Notes: generated by a model not told the origin, from the letters alone. DNA of 64,000 nucleotides from Macrostomum lignano (GCA_002269645.1 NIVC01000612.1:144620-208619), one strand, 5' to 3'. Counted from the stretch's first letter, positions 24,742-38,376 are shown. A program made the numbers and translations.

Positions 24742-25942
24742 CGAGGCCAACTCCTCCGATGGAGGAGAAAGGGGAAGAACTCCCATCACCGGAATTCCAT
24801 TCCCTGAAACCCCTTAGCTGAATCCCATGACCCGAATCCCATCATCAAAACATCTTCAAATCCATCAAACTCCTCTCCGCGAAACAGAAATCCTCTCCGT
24901 GAAACTGAAAACCATCGAAATCCTCTCCGTAAAACTGGACTCAATCGAAATTTTCTCCGTCAAAAAGAACTCAACTCTCAGGGTTCAGTGCCATCAGTGG
25001 TCTAGGGTTAGGGTTAGAGCTGCACAGAGCTGCGGGTTGAAGGCGCCGATAAGAATATTGAATTAATTGAATCAATTTATTGCGCAACCGATTTCTCATT
25101 TAGTCAGTATCAGGCTCAGGTAAAGTTAACAAAATGATTGCGCAATCTAAATCAACCCTCCAATACACAGTGGCAGTAAGAAGTTGAACCCTTCCCATAA
25201 CTTTATCTATTACGTCTCGCGAAACTAAGTGTAATCTTTGCAGAAAGTTAAAAGTTCGGAAATAGTTTTTGAATGCTGTCCTTTTTGTTTTCATATTTAA
25301 AGCAAACAACTTATACCTCCAAACTCAGTGTTGCAAGCTCTTTCCGGCAATATAAGTTTTTTCTCTTAAAGTTTAGAACTCGAGGAGCAGTTAGCGTTTA
25401 CAACTTTCCGATTTAAAGCATTGAAATATCGAGTGTACGCTCACCGCCTGTTAAAGCGACTCGCAAGTTATGCAATGAATTTAACTGTCCTACAATACAC
25501 AGGCTTCATATTGAAAGGCAGAACAACTTAACAGTAGCCAAATCATTGCGCAATCATCTATACAGTGCGCCAGTGAGCTAGGGTCCAATTGTACACACGC
25601 AGCCACTTAGAACGCCCCATCCCCCAACTGGAGAGAAATGCACTGGCGAGATAGGAGAAAGTTATGGCGCAAGCAATCAAAATTGATGCATTTTATCAGC
25701 TCCGAGCAGAAAGAGGGGACAAATAAGATTATCAAAGGTCAAGATTGCAGTTTTCTGCTTTTTTAGGGATCTTAAAATGTGAAAATAAAAAATTGAAATA
25801 GCCCACTGCAGTCCCCGGAAAATTTGCAGTTTACCCATATAAGTTTCAACGCTGACTTGCAAGTATTCTAGGAGGAGTTATGCAACACACAAACAAACAG
25901 ACAAACAAACAAACAATCATCGCACCAACTTTAGTATTAGGA
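24742..25942 (-). mobile_element. Non-autonomous Helitron-like element, copy 2 (apparently complete)
   Basis: 5' TCCTAATACTAAAG followed by (TTTG)n and CTCCTCCTAG; same hairpin plus CTCG 3' end; core homologous to 23900-24740. Confidence 0.72.
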
Positions 25943-25954
25943 AGGAGAGAAAGA

Positions 25955-27544
25955 CGAGGCCAACTCCTCCGTTGGCGGAGTAAGGGGAAGAACTCCCATC
26001 GCCAGAATTTCATTTTCTGAAATCCATCAGCTGAATCCAATGACACGAATCCCATCGTCCAAATCCTCTATTAAGCTCCCAAAAATCATGTTGTTTTACC
26101 TGTTTGCAAAAACTGACTGCATGCCATCATCCAGACTGACTCTCGCCTGTCTCCTCTCTCCTCTTTGCTCTCTCATCTCTAATCTCTCCTATCTCCTCTC
26201 TGCTCTCATCTCCTCGCTTATCTATCATTTCTCATCTCATCTCTCATCTCTCATCTCTACTCTCTTATCTCTCCTCTCTGCGCTCTCATATTTACTCTCT
26301 CCTTTCTCCTCACTACTTTCTCCTCTCTCCTCTTTTATCTCTTCTCTCTTCTCTCTCATCTGCTTTATCTCCTCTCTGCTCACTGATCTCTCTACTTTCT
26401 CCCCTCTCCTCTCTCCCTTATCCTCTCGCTTCTCTCTCCTCTCTCTCCCCTCATCTCTACTCATTTATCTCTTCTCTCTCGTCTTTCGGCTCTACTCCCT
26501 CTGTCTCCTCTTTCTCCTCTCTTACCCCCTCTCCTCTCTCCTCTGAATTCCCTCATCTCTTCTCTCGCCTTTATTCTCTTTTTTTCTTTTCTCTAATCTG
26601 TCCCTTTTAATTCTCTCTTTTCATGTTCTCTTTCATCTAATCTTTTATCTACTCTTGCCTTTTCTCTTTTCTCTATTCCCTTTCATTTAACCATTTCATC
26701 CTCTCCATGAAACAGATATCATCAAAATCCTCTCCGTTAAACTGCAATCCAGCGTGTATCATCTCCTTCAAGCTACAATCCATCAATTTAAAAAATATTA
26801 TCTCTATCAAATTTCAGTCAATCAAGACTATAAAACTTAAGTCTATAAAAATATGCTTTTAACTTGTCTGGGTATACGTCAAAAAATCTTCAAAATCTTC
26901 CAAAACCTCCATAAAACCTCTAAAATATCATAGCATGTTTTCCCTGTTTACAAAAATTGACTGCCATCGTCCAGACTGAGACTCTCTCCTGTCTCCTCTC
27001 TCCTCTTTGCTCCTTTATCTAATCTCTTCTTTCTGCTTCCTGCTCTCATCTCCTCTCTCATCTCTACTCTTACTTTCTTATCAATCACCTCCCATCTCTC
27101 ATCTCTCCTCTCTACGCTCTCATCTCTATTTTCTCATCTCTATTCTCTCATCTTTCCCCTTTGCTCTCTCATTTCTTTTTTCATCTCTCTCTTCTCTCCC
27201 TTCTCTTCTCGCTTCTCTCTCTCTCCCCATTCTTTACTCTTATCTCTTCTCTCCTGTCTTCTCTCAATTCTCTCATCTCTTCTCTTCTCTCTCATCTCTT
27301 ATCTCTACTCGCTTATCTATCGCCTCTCCTCTACCCTGTCCTCTCTCTCTCTCTTCTCTTTTCTCTATCGTCTCTCCTCTCTGCTCTCATTTCTCATACT
27401 CCTATTTTCTCTCTTACCCTCTCCTTTTTCATCTCTCATCTTTCCCCCTCCTCTCTACCGTCTCGTGTCTCATCTCTCCTCTGTACTCTCTTATCCCTCC
27501 TCTCTCCTCCCATCTTTCCTGGCCTCTGCTCTCTCATTTTTCCG
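25955..27544 (-). mobile_element. Non-autonomous Helitron-like element, copy 3 (5'-truncated)
   Basis: Closely similar to 22504-~23880, including the same 3' end and the CT-rich low-complexity body. Confidence 0.68.
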
Positions 27545-27684
27545 AGCCACGATCTCGAATTTAAAAAAAATTGCTCGGGTAGCTAATGAAGACTGTGTTC
27601 CTGCCTGCAAGATAGGTGACAAGCAGGTCGCTAGCATGGAACTCTATCGCATCGCAAAACTGAGCTGGTAAGGCGATATTATTA

Positions 27685-28846
27685 GGTGTGCAAGGAGTGA
27701 CTGGAGCACGCACAAGTGTGCAGGAATGGCTGGAGCACGCACACGTGTGCAGGAATGGCTGGAGCACGCACAAGTGTGCAGGAATAGCTGGACCACGCAC
27801 AAGTGTGCAGGAATAGCTGGAGCACGCACACGTGTGCAGGAATGGCTGGAGCACGCACAAGTGTGCAGGAATAGATGGACCACGCACAAGTGTGCAGGAA
27901 TAGCTGGAGCACGCACAAGTGTGCAGGAATGGCTGGAGCACGCACAAGTGTGCAGGAATAGCTGGAGCACGCACACGTGTGCAGGAATAGCTGGAGCACG
28001 CACAAGTGTGCAGGAATGACTGGAGCACGCATAGGTGTGCAGGAATGACTGGAGCATGCACAAGTGTGCAGGAATGACTGGAGCATGCACAAGTGTGCAG
28101 GAATGACTGGAGCACGCACAAGTGTGCAGGAATGACTGGAGCACGCACAGGTGTGCAGGAATAGCTGGACCACGCACAAGTGTGCAGGAATAGCTGGAGC
28201 ACGCACACGTGTGCAGGAATAGCTGGAGCACGCACAAGTGTGCAGGAATAGATGGACCACGCACAAGTGTGCAGGAATAGCTGGAGCACGCACAAGTGTG
28301 CAGGAATGGCTGGAGCACGCACAAGTGTGCAGGAATAGCTGGAGCACGCACACGTGTGCAGGAATAGCTGGAGCACGCACAAGTGTGTAGGACTGGCTGG
28401 AGCATGCACAAGTGTGCAAGGAGTGACTGGAGCACGCACAAGTGTGCAGGAATGACTGGAGCACGCATAGGTGTGCAGGAATGACTGGAGCATGCACAAG
28501 TGTGCAGGAATGACTGGAGCATGCACAAGTGTGCAGGAATGACTGGAGCATGCACAAGTGTGCAGGAATGACTGGAGCACGCACAAGTGTGCAGGAATAG
28601 CTGGAGCACGCACAAGTGTGCAGGAATAGCTGGAGCACGCACAAGTGTGCAGGAATGACTGGAGCACGCACAGGTGTGCAGGAATAGCTGGAGCACGCAC
28701 AAGTGTGCAGGAATAGCTGGAGCACGCACAAGTGTGCAGGAATGGCTGGAGCACGCACAGGTGTGCAGGAATGACTGGAGCACGCACAGGTGTGCAGGAA
28801 TGACTGGAGCACGCACATGTGTGCAGTAATGGCTGGAGCACGCACA
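27685..28846. repeat. 29-bp minisatellite, ~40 copies (GGAGCACGCACAAGTGTGCAGGAATRRCT)
   Basis: Contiguous head-to-tail units with no spacers; internal near-palindrome GCACA(A/C)GTGTGC. Confidence 0.95.
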
Positions 28847-29906
28847 GATGAGCAGGAGTTTTACTCCTGTACGCGTACGTGAATGATTCGAATTCACCCG
28901 AATAACACCCGAATTCGCTACTCGACGGACAGAATGCGCGATTGCAGCGCATCCACACCGAGGCGGATAGCTGCACAGTCACAGAGGAAGTCTGCTTGCG
29001 GATCGATCAATGACCCCTAGTTCTTGACCTTCCTGACAGCCCATAACGACACCATTTCTGCGCTAGGCGGCAAGCGTGGAGGTACCGGAAGTTACGTTGC
29101 ACTCAACCGAAGAAATGCTGGTAAAGCGCGCAGCTGGTTTTCGCTGCGATGGAAATCCGTAGCGATACTAATGCTGCTGTCTCAAGACGGTGCATTGCCT
29201 ACGCTGCAGCGCCCCGGCTACGCGACGCCGGGGCACCGGACACTGCCAACGGGGCGGACTTCGTCCGCTCTCAGGCTCTGCGGTGCGCCATGTGACGCAC
29301 CCTGCTCTAACTGTTGTGTCAAGACTAGACGATATGTATGACTCATTTGACGCATCCTCTCGGCTGCTCCAGGTTGATCGAGTTCGAGCGTTCGTGCTTT
29401 CTTGCTTTCGTATCTGTCCGGGTTGCTGCCTAAGGTGCTGACATTGTGATGTGATGCCATGTGATCGCCCTTGTGGATCATGCAGGTCTGAAATGCTGCG
29501 ACTCAAAGCGCCACTGAGCTGCTTGTCGACTTCGCGGCAGCTCCTGGGTGCATCGATTGCGCATAACGCAAGCAAACACAAACGGCATGATTCTTAGCCG
29601 AAGATGCAAATCTTGTATTTCCAAATATATGTAGAGGGTGAAAGCTAATAAGTACAAATACTGAGACATAAAGGGTTTCAGGATACGAGATTATTATGAA
29701 GCACAATGTATTTAAAAATAACAACTATGCAAAGTTTACGTGGAAATTTAAATACACAACTCATATAACTATAGCCGTGAGGTAATAAAAAGAGCAAAAT
29801 GCAGATTTTATGAATTAATTATGGAATAATCAGAAATTCTTCCAGATTAATATGTGTCCCCAAATTTTGCAATTTATACAAAACGCAGTAGACAGACAGT
29901 GCTCAC

Positions 29907-30075
29907 CTCAGCCATGGAGCTGCCCGAGTCCTGCGTGCCGCAGGTCTGCTGCTGCTCAAGGGCCGGCTGATTCACCCGATCGCTGCCGATGTGCTGACGG
30001 AGCTGAGGGACTGTGCTGAGTTTGAGATGCGTCTGAGAATGCAGAAGGGATTCGAAATGACGGTGAGGTAATATT
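29907..30075 (-). other. Candidate first coding exon of copy A (ends ATG GCT GAG | GTGAGC)
   Basis: CTCCATGGCTGAG|GTGAG is conserved with 47442-47450; upstream frames are not conserved (UTR-like). The 5' boundary is approximate. Confidence 0.5.
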
Positions 30076-30099
30076 GGAGAGACTGACATACATAAGTCA

Positions 30100-31170
<1,071 letters not shown>

Positions 31171-31801
31171 GCACTCACCGGTTATTCTATTTTGTCAGGG
31201 TTGAGCAGCAGAAGTGTACTTGCAGTCAAATTGAATGAATTCTGGGCTGCTAATTTTACTTTGACTCACCGATGAGAACGAGTCGAATATCAGGGTGTGA
31301 AAGCCAACTTTATTTACCGTTTCAATTTAAGGAGGGGTGGAGCACTGATAAACGGGCCAGGCAAAAGCAAGACGAGTTGATAAGGTGAACAGATAAAGAA
31401 GGTTGGTTTCTGAGTACAGGTGAAATGGATAGGGCAAAGAGAGACAGATTTCGTAGAATGGTTTTTGCAAAAGACGGTGGTTCAGTGCTTAGAAAAACGT
31501 GGGCTGCATCACTCATTTTTACAAGAACACTCGGTGCCAATATTCAAAAGCAGAAGAGTGACATGATGAATGAATTCAATTACATGACATTGAAATAAGT
31601 GAATATTTGGCCTGAGTGGTGAATGAACGTGAGCATAAGTAAATAATATTACACAATAGAACGAACGAGTCCATCTCATTCCACGACAGTAATGTTTTCC
31701 CTATAGCTTTTCGGCTCGAAGATGGTTCAAGTTTGGCTTGGCCGTAAGTACTTAGGATTAGGAACTTTAGGTCAAAGAGCCATTAATTTACATATGTTGT
31801 C

Positions 31802-32195
31802 AGCACCTGACCGAGACACCTGACCGAGGCACCTGACCCAGGCACCTGACCCAGGCACCTGACCCAGGCACCCGACCGAGGCACCTGACCCAGGCACCTG
31901 ACCCAGGCATCTGACCCAGGCACCCGACCGAGGCACCTGACCCAGGCACCTGACCGAGGCACCTGACCCAGGCACCTGACCCAGGCACCTGACCCAGGCA
32001 CCCGACCGAGGTACCTGACCCAGGCACCTGACTGAGACACCTGACCCAGGCACCTGACCCAGGCACCTGACCCAGGCACCCGACCGAGGCACCTGACCCA
32101 GGCACCTGACTGAGACACCTGACCCAGGCACCTGACCCAGGCACCTGACTGAGACACCTGACCCAGGCCTCCGACCGAGGCACCTGACCCAGGCG
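31802..32195. repeat. 13-bp minisatellite (CAGGCACCTGACC)n, ~30 copies
   Basis: Direct reading. Confidence 0.95.
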
Positions 32196-33642
32196 CCTGG
32201 CGAGCAATCCTATGAGTCATGCGAGTCCACTGCCCACTGCAAGAGAATAACTGATGGGGCAAGAAGAGAGTCTGGAGCTGGCCTAAGTCAAATATGTCTC
32301 TGGATTGGAACGTTTGCCTCTGTCCAAGACAGCAACCCGACTCGGCTCACAGCATGCCGCTGCACATCACGAGAGACGCTCGAGCAGCTCACAACGAGAA
32401 GTTCGGCTGACAACAAGTCCTGTGAATGGCACTGCGGCAATATGGCTAATCAATAAGGCTACGAGCGGGTCTGCACAGAGGCAAGAAAGTCTGAAAAGTT
32501 GCCCTGGCACAAGACGGCACGATAAGAGTCGCCGAGCCGAGCAAAAAGCGAAAAGCACCTGAGAACACAGGGGTGACTGCTCGATAAGACAAGCCAGCCT
32601 AGCCGGGGTCCGAGCGGGAGAACTGCCAACAGCATCAGCACCTGATAAGGGAGATCAGAGCGAGCACAGCTCGACTTGTGTATGAACTGACTTTTGCCAT
32701 TTTGTGAAGAAAGCGCTAATTTGGGCTTTTATGCCAAGTGATAAACTCTCGTTCTACGTATACACCTGCTTACTAATTTTGGAAGGGCAGAAAATCATTC
32801 GATATGCGCTGTTTCAGACTTTCATGTCTTTTGCGTTTTCCTGTGATGGGATTACAACACTTTACGGTCTCTTTTCAGTAATCTTCGACCTCTCTCGCCT
32901 CCAGCCTGTCATCTTTTCTCTAATCTCTCTTCTCCTCTTTCCTCTTCTCTGCCCTCTCTATTAACCCTCCTTTTTCTCTCACCTGGCGAGCCGCCATGGG
33001 CAAAATTATTTACCTGGCCCTTGGGGTAAAAATGCTCCTGCTTTAAACCCTTGGTAGTGTGCACGTACACATGCAGTAGCTATTGACGACGTACATGTAG
33101 CAATTCAATATTACACTGCCTGTATTGTATTATATTAACTAGCATGATATTTTCTAATTTAAAATATGATTTTGAAAAACGAGCATCCAGTAAGTGGCGG
33201 TGCCTGGGGCTCTAAACCTCTAACAACTTTATACATATTGTTTTTTACATACAATTCTGCTCACGAGCATCATAAGGTAGGCAGAAATTTTTTAATAACT
33301 CTAAAAATCTTATTATACAATTTATAACTCTAAGTCAAAGTAAAGCAGGACGTTGACTGCCCAAACATTTCCAATGCAAAATTTGGCTCAGCTGCTCAGT
33401 AATGTGCATGATTTTTGTCCTAAATACAATACTTACTGTTACACCTTTTTGCGTTCGACTTCGATAAAACTGCATTCCATTTCGGCAAACTGGCTTTCAT
33501 CTTCGGCATCAGCTAGGGCCGCACATCCAAACTGCATTCGAATTCGGCAAACCGGATTCAGTTTCGGCAAACTGCATTCGAATTCGACAAACTGGATTCA
33601 ATTTCGGCAACTCGAGTTTCTATTTAGACAAACTGATATTCA

Positions 33643-34140
33643 AATTCGGCAAACTGCACTCGATTTCGGCAGCCAGCACCTCGTGCCACAGACTGTCTAT
33701 GGAAATAGACGCATCTAAACCCAAAACTGCATTCAATTTCGGCAAACTGCACTCGATTTCGGCAGCCAGCGCCTCGTGCCACAGACTGTCTATGGAAATA
33801 GACGCATCTAAACCCAAAACTGCATTCAATTTCGGCAAACTGCACTCGATTTCGGCAGCCAGCGCCTCGTGCCACAGACTTTCTATGGAAATAGACGCAT
33901 CTAAACCCAAAACTGCATTCAATTTCGGCAAACTGCACTCGATTTCGGCAGCCAGCGCCTCGTGCCACAGACTGTCTATGGAAATAGACGCATCTAAACC
34001 CAAAATTGCATGCAATTTCGGCAAACTGCACTCGATTTCGTCAGCCAGCGCCTCGTGCCTCAGACTGTCTATGGAAATAGACGCATCTAAACCCAAAACT
34101 GCATTCAATTTCGGCAAACTGCACTCAATTTCGGCAGCGC
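33643..34140. repeat. 93-bp minisatellite, ~5 copies
   Basis: 31-aa periodicity in ORFs; each unit has a GTCTAT-GGAA-ATAGAC hairpin; preceded from ~33470 by TTCGGCAAAC subrepeats. Confidence 0.93.
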
Positions 34141-34149
34141 CAATCTAAA

Positions 34150-34426
34150 AGGGAATAAAGACAGAAGAGGGGGATTTTCTTGAGTCTGCACAAGTACCGC
34201 CTTTGGAGTGCAGTTAAGGTGTATGTAATTGAACGCGCAAAAACCTGTGCACTCATCACCAAGCAATAGCTGCCATCTGCCTGGCAGTGTCTCCACAGGC
34301 TGGACTTGTGCTACGTGAGGGGAATTACGAAGGAGTTGTTTGCGCGTTCAATTACACCTTAACTGCACTCCAGATGCAGTACTTGTGCAGACTCTAAGAA
34401 ATCCAACTCTTCTGTCTTTAGTCCCT
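34150..34426. repeat. ~90-bp-arm imperfect inverted repeat (foldback/MITE-like)
   Basis: 34150-34241 is complementary to 34339-34426 around a ~100-bp loop; no TSD seen. Confidence 0.85.
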
Positions 34427-34644
34427 CCTGGTCTCCTGACTGACGTCCTTGGCTACCTTGACTACAATCGCAAGATTGGAGAGCTGCTGGCCGAACTTTG
34501 GACTCGATTTAGTCTGAGGATTTGACCGACGACAGAGCGTGTCGCTCCTGACTCCAGTATGAGTCCATGCAGTCCACTCCTACTCCTACTTTTGCAGCTG
34601 CCATTCTGACGTGTCAATCAACTTAAATAAAACAAAAAATAGGC

Positions 34645-36620
34645 TGAAATAATTTTCAGTTACAAAGTTATCGCCAAAGCGGTAATAGCGTTGAGTGTTA
34701 AATCGACTAACTCTTCGAAACCGAAAAATAACTAAGTAGGCAAAAATCGGATGCTTGTAGCCTTCAATACCTCTGCGTTCTCGCGCAGGCAAACAAAACA
34801 ACCAAGTTAGCAAAAAACACGCTGACCAAAAATCACGCCCTTTTTAATTATTATTTAACGTGGGGTGGGGTTAGCAAATCGAGGGGGGTTCGCTCATGTA
34901 CATTAAATAAAGAGAAAATAAATGTACAATTAAATAAGTAAAACCCCAAAAATATGACAAAAAATGAACCTCCAGAACATTCCCCTCTTCCTGATTGGGG
35001 CCAATCAGCAAAAAAGCAGAAAAAAATTGCCTCCTTGAAACTTACGTGCAATTAATTAAAACGGTTGCAAGCATAATTCGAAAAAAACAGTAAACTCCTG
35101 TAAACAAAAAATAAATCGCGCGAAATCAGAAATTAACATTAAGAACGCATGCAATGTGAAGTGTCAATTGGGATCAAAAGATAGTGTGCCAAATATAAAC
35201 CTTTGCAATCGCTATAGCCAACTCAAAAACTCCCTACTAAAAAACGAACACAAACGAACTCAAAGACTGCTCAAACGATAATTAGTGAAATAACACGGGA
35301 TGAGAAATGTCTTGAAAACTTAAGTAATCCCTACTGTAAACATATGAAAAAATCAAAGCACAAAATCTGCCAAAAGAACTCGCATTCAAGCAAGCAACAA
35401 GTCTTTTTACTCAGAATAAAAAACACAAAATACGCAAATATAAGCAACCCGTCACCACTTCAGCTATTAGGTGCAAAAACGGCAAATAATGACACGAAAA
35501 TATAGATTATACTAACCATCATGAACTAGACGTCAAAAAAACTACGTCTGAAAAGTCTTGTTTAGCATCGAAAAGTCCATTTTAACAATAAGTCAACAGT
35601 CACTATTCACCTCGCTGCAGCAGACACAACTTCGTCACGGGTCGCAGCACTGTCCCACCGCCAGTCCGCACCTTAGCCACGCGCACATGGCCGTCTCGTC
35701 CAGGAAATACCTCGAGAACTCGCCCGAGCGGCCAGTGTCCTCGAGGCGCATCCGCTCGTAGCGCCAAGACGATGTCACCGACGGCGAGATCCGGCTGCTC
35801 CTTGACCCACTTGGATCTGGCGTTGAGTCTTGGCACCCACTCACGCAGCCATCGGTGCCAGAAGTGCCGCACCAGCTCTTGGACACGTCGCCACCGCCGG
35901 CGCGGGTCGCGGCTGATCTCGGTCGAGACTTCCGTAGCAAAGTCACCACCCAGTTGACCATGCAAGAAATGGTTTGGCGTCAACGGCGTGTCGTCCTTTG
36001 GGCTTGTGGTTTGGTATGTCAACGGCCTGGAATTGATGAGCGCTTCCGCACCGGTGAAGGCGGAATGCAGCTCTTCGTCGGTGATGTCAGCGTTGCTAAG
36101 GATGGCGCGCACAGCTCGCTTAGCGGCGCGAACCATAACTTCGTGGGCGCCGCCGAAATGGGGCGCCGACGGAGGCTGGAAGCGCTACTTGATGCCGCGC
36201 TCAGCTGCCGCTCTCTGGATTTTGTTCTGCTGCTCGTTTTCGAATTCTCGTAGTTCTCGCTCGCCTTTGACAAAATTGCCGCCGTTATCGGAGTAAACTT
36301 CGAGTGGCCGGCCTCTACGGTTGATCATGCGCGCGAAAGCATTCAGAAATGAGTCAGAATCCAAGCTGTACGCCATTTCCAGGTGCACGGCTCTCGTCTC
36401 CAAACAGGTGAACAGGGCCAAATACCTCTTCGTTCGCCGTCTTCCGCGCCCTTGTACCGTTTCAAACGGACCACCGAAGTCGACTGCCACAAAGCTGAAC
36501 GCTCGGAGCGAGTTCTTCAGCCTGGCCTCTGGCAGCGGCGCCATCTGCTGCACCTCCGGTCCTGCTTTTTGCCTTCTGCATCGCGCGCACTCCTTCTCCC
36601 ATTCTCGAATGGCTTCGCCT
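34645..36620 (-). mobile_element. BEL/Pao LTR retrotransposon 3' fragment (integrase, C-terminal domain, PPT, probable 3' LTR)
   Basis: CARC...VAVDFGGP...[12 protein letters not shown]...YSDNGGNF...K*RFQPPSAPHFGGAHE...LINSRPLT...LTPNHFL...FWHRWLREW...RGHWPLGRV; PPT AGGAAGAGGGGAA (34980-34992) then TGTTC; inferred LTR ~34645-34979. Confidence 0.9.
35603..36620 (-). pseudogene. BEL integrase / DUF5641-like region with an internal TAG
   Basis: ORFs 36185-36685 and 35603-36136 are in one frame, separated by TAG (36185-36187) at a normally Trp position. Confidence 0.9.
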
Positions 36621-36905
36621 AGATAGCTAAACCCTAGATAGCTATTAGAAGGGCAAACAGAAGCAGCTTTAAGATAATTAATCAACTGTCAAGTCAATTT
36701 GCATAGCCGAATCTAATAAAGCCCCTTTCCATTCCAGTTAGTAGCAACACCCCGCCGCTGGCACAATGGCGCTCAAACCGGCTGGGAGAAGCAAACTGAG
36801 CAGCGGCCAGCTTAGAGAACAACGCGGCACGCGGCAGACTCTGGCGCACAATGAGGGTTTTGTGAGGCCCACCTACAGATTCCTACCCAACCCGTAGCTG
36901 AGGGA

Positions 36906-37090
36906 GGCCGTAGCCCAGCGGTAGCGCAGCTGCTCTGGTGTGCCAGCGACCCAGGCTCGATTCCAAGTGCAGTCACATTAATTTGGGGCTGAATTGGAAT
37001 CTCGGCTTGGCTCTGCTCGTGCAATTAACGGCCTTGAGAGCCAACCCCCCAAGGTGCAGTGAAGTGTACATGCCTAACGATAATATAAAG
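36906..37090 (+). mobile_element. tRNA-derived SINE-like element
   Basis: Box A TAGCCCAGCGG (36911) and box B-like GGCTCGATTCC (36954) at tRNA spacing; the cloverleaf stems are imperfect; AT-rich tail near 37080. Confidence 0.6.
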
Positions 37091-37934
37091 TTAGGGCCGC
37101 TGTACACTCCTGTGTGAGTGTGTGCCTGCGTACGTATCCGCGCGCCTGTGTGCCTGCTCAGGGGAGTCGGCGGAATGGGCAGTAATGCCTCTCGCCGGTT
37201 GTGTGCCTATGTCGCTTAAAGTGCGCCAGGGTGCACACAACCCCCCTGCCTCTAAAAAAAAACCCGAAGCTGCCAAGAATGCGAGATCAACCCCAAGAAG
37301 CTTGACAACCGAGAGAGAGAGAGAGAGAGGACTGTTTAATCATCCATGGAAGAGTTAAGAGACGGAAAATTAAGCTCTTTTTCTATAATCTTTCTATCCT
37401 AAATTTTATCCAACTCAATACATAGATTTGCGAAACCCCGAATAATCTCTAAACCTCACACTTAGCAACCTATTAGAACTAACTAAATTAATGTACAACT
37501 AGGGAACTGAGCCCCAGATTTTTATTGCTTAAAACCCCCCGCCGTTGCTAACCACGCGAAGACACCCCACCGGCGGCGGGGGGAGGTCGAAAATGCGAAT
37601 CCGTATAAAATAGACGCCCATCTCAAAGTGGAGCGGCGCTTCGTTTTTCTGGCGCAGTTTCCAGATCTCAACTCGCTCGTTTTGTATTGGTCTCTGGACT
37701 ATCCAGTTGGCACAAATCCAAGTCTTCAACCCAATTATTCGCCTTAAAGATACACAGCGAAATATTCGTGAGATTAAAAGTCAGCCTAGATACTAGGAGA
37801 TCCCGTCAGTTTATACGGTTTTCTCTGGCGGCCTGATAGAAGATATAAGAGCTGTAAGAACCTTAGACCGCTAGACATCTATCTTACGAAAGTAAGAACA
37901 CAAACTCAAAGGCCCCGGAGACAAACGCGTATAA

Positions 37935-38376
37935 ATTTATTGTAGGCAAAAATCATTCAGGCAATAAAAATGGATCAGCAAACCAGCTCACATCTGAGCA
38001 TACCAGTCTACAAGAGCAAAAACAGGCAGTTATGTACGATATGTACTTTAATTCATTGTAGGTAAAAATCGATCAGGAAATAAAAATGGATCAGCAAACC
38101 AGCTCACATCTGAGCATACCAGTCTACAAGAGCAAAAACAGGCAGTTATGTACGATATGTACTTTAATTCATTGTAGGTAAAAATCGATCAGGAAATAAA
38201 AATTGATCAGCAAACCAGCTCACATCTGAGCATACCAGTCTACAAGAGCAAAAACAGACAGTTATGTACGATATGTACTTTAATTCATTGTAGGTAAAAA
38301 TCGATCAGGAAATAAAAATGGATCAGCAAACCAGCTCACATCTGAGCATACCAGTCTACAAGAGCAAAAACAGGCA
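37935..38376. repeat. 116-bp tandem repeat, ~3.7 copies
   Basis: T(G/T)GATCAGCAAACC at 37971, 38087, 38203 and 38319; single copy in block A (~10440-10540). Confidence 0.95.

Noticed and set aside
25003-25017. Telomeric TTAGGG repeats
   Set aside because: Only about two copies, inside a Helitron-like element.
27685-28846. CRISPR-like 29-bp partially palindromic repeats
   Set aside because: Units are contiguous with no unique spacers, there are no cas genes, and the context is eukaryotic. The same applies to the 93-bp and 116-bp repeats.
36906-36975. Functional tRNA gene
   Set aside because: Acceptor, anticodon and T stems do not pair properly; treated as a SINE head.
37535-37583. 10-bp GC stem-loop as a Helitron end or terminator
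   Set aside because: No CTRR end or U-tract, and no supporting context.
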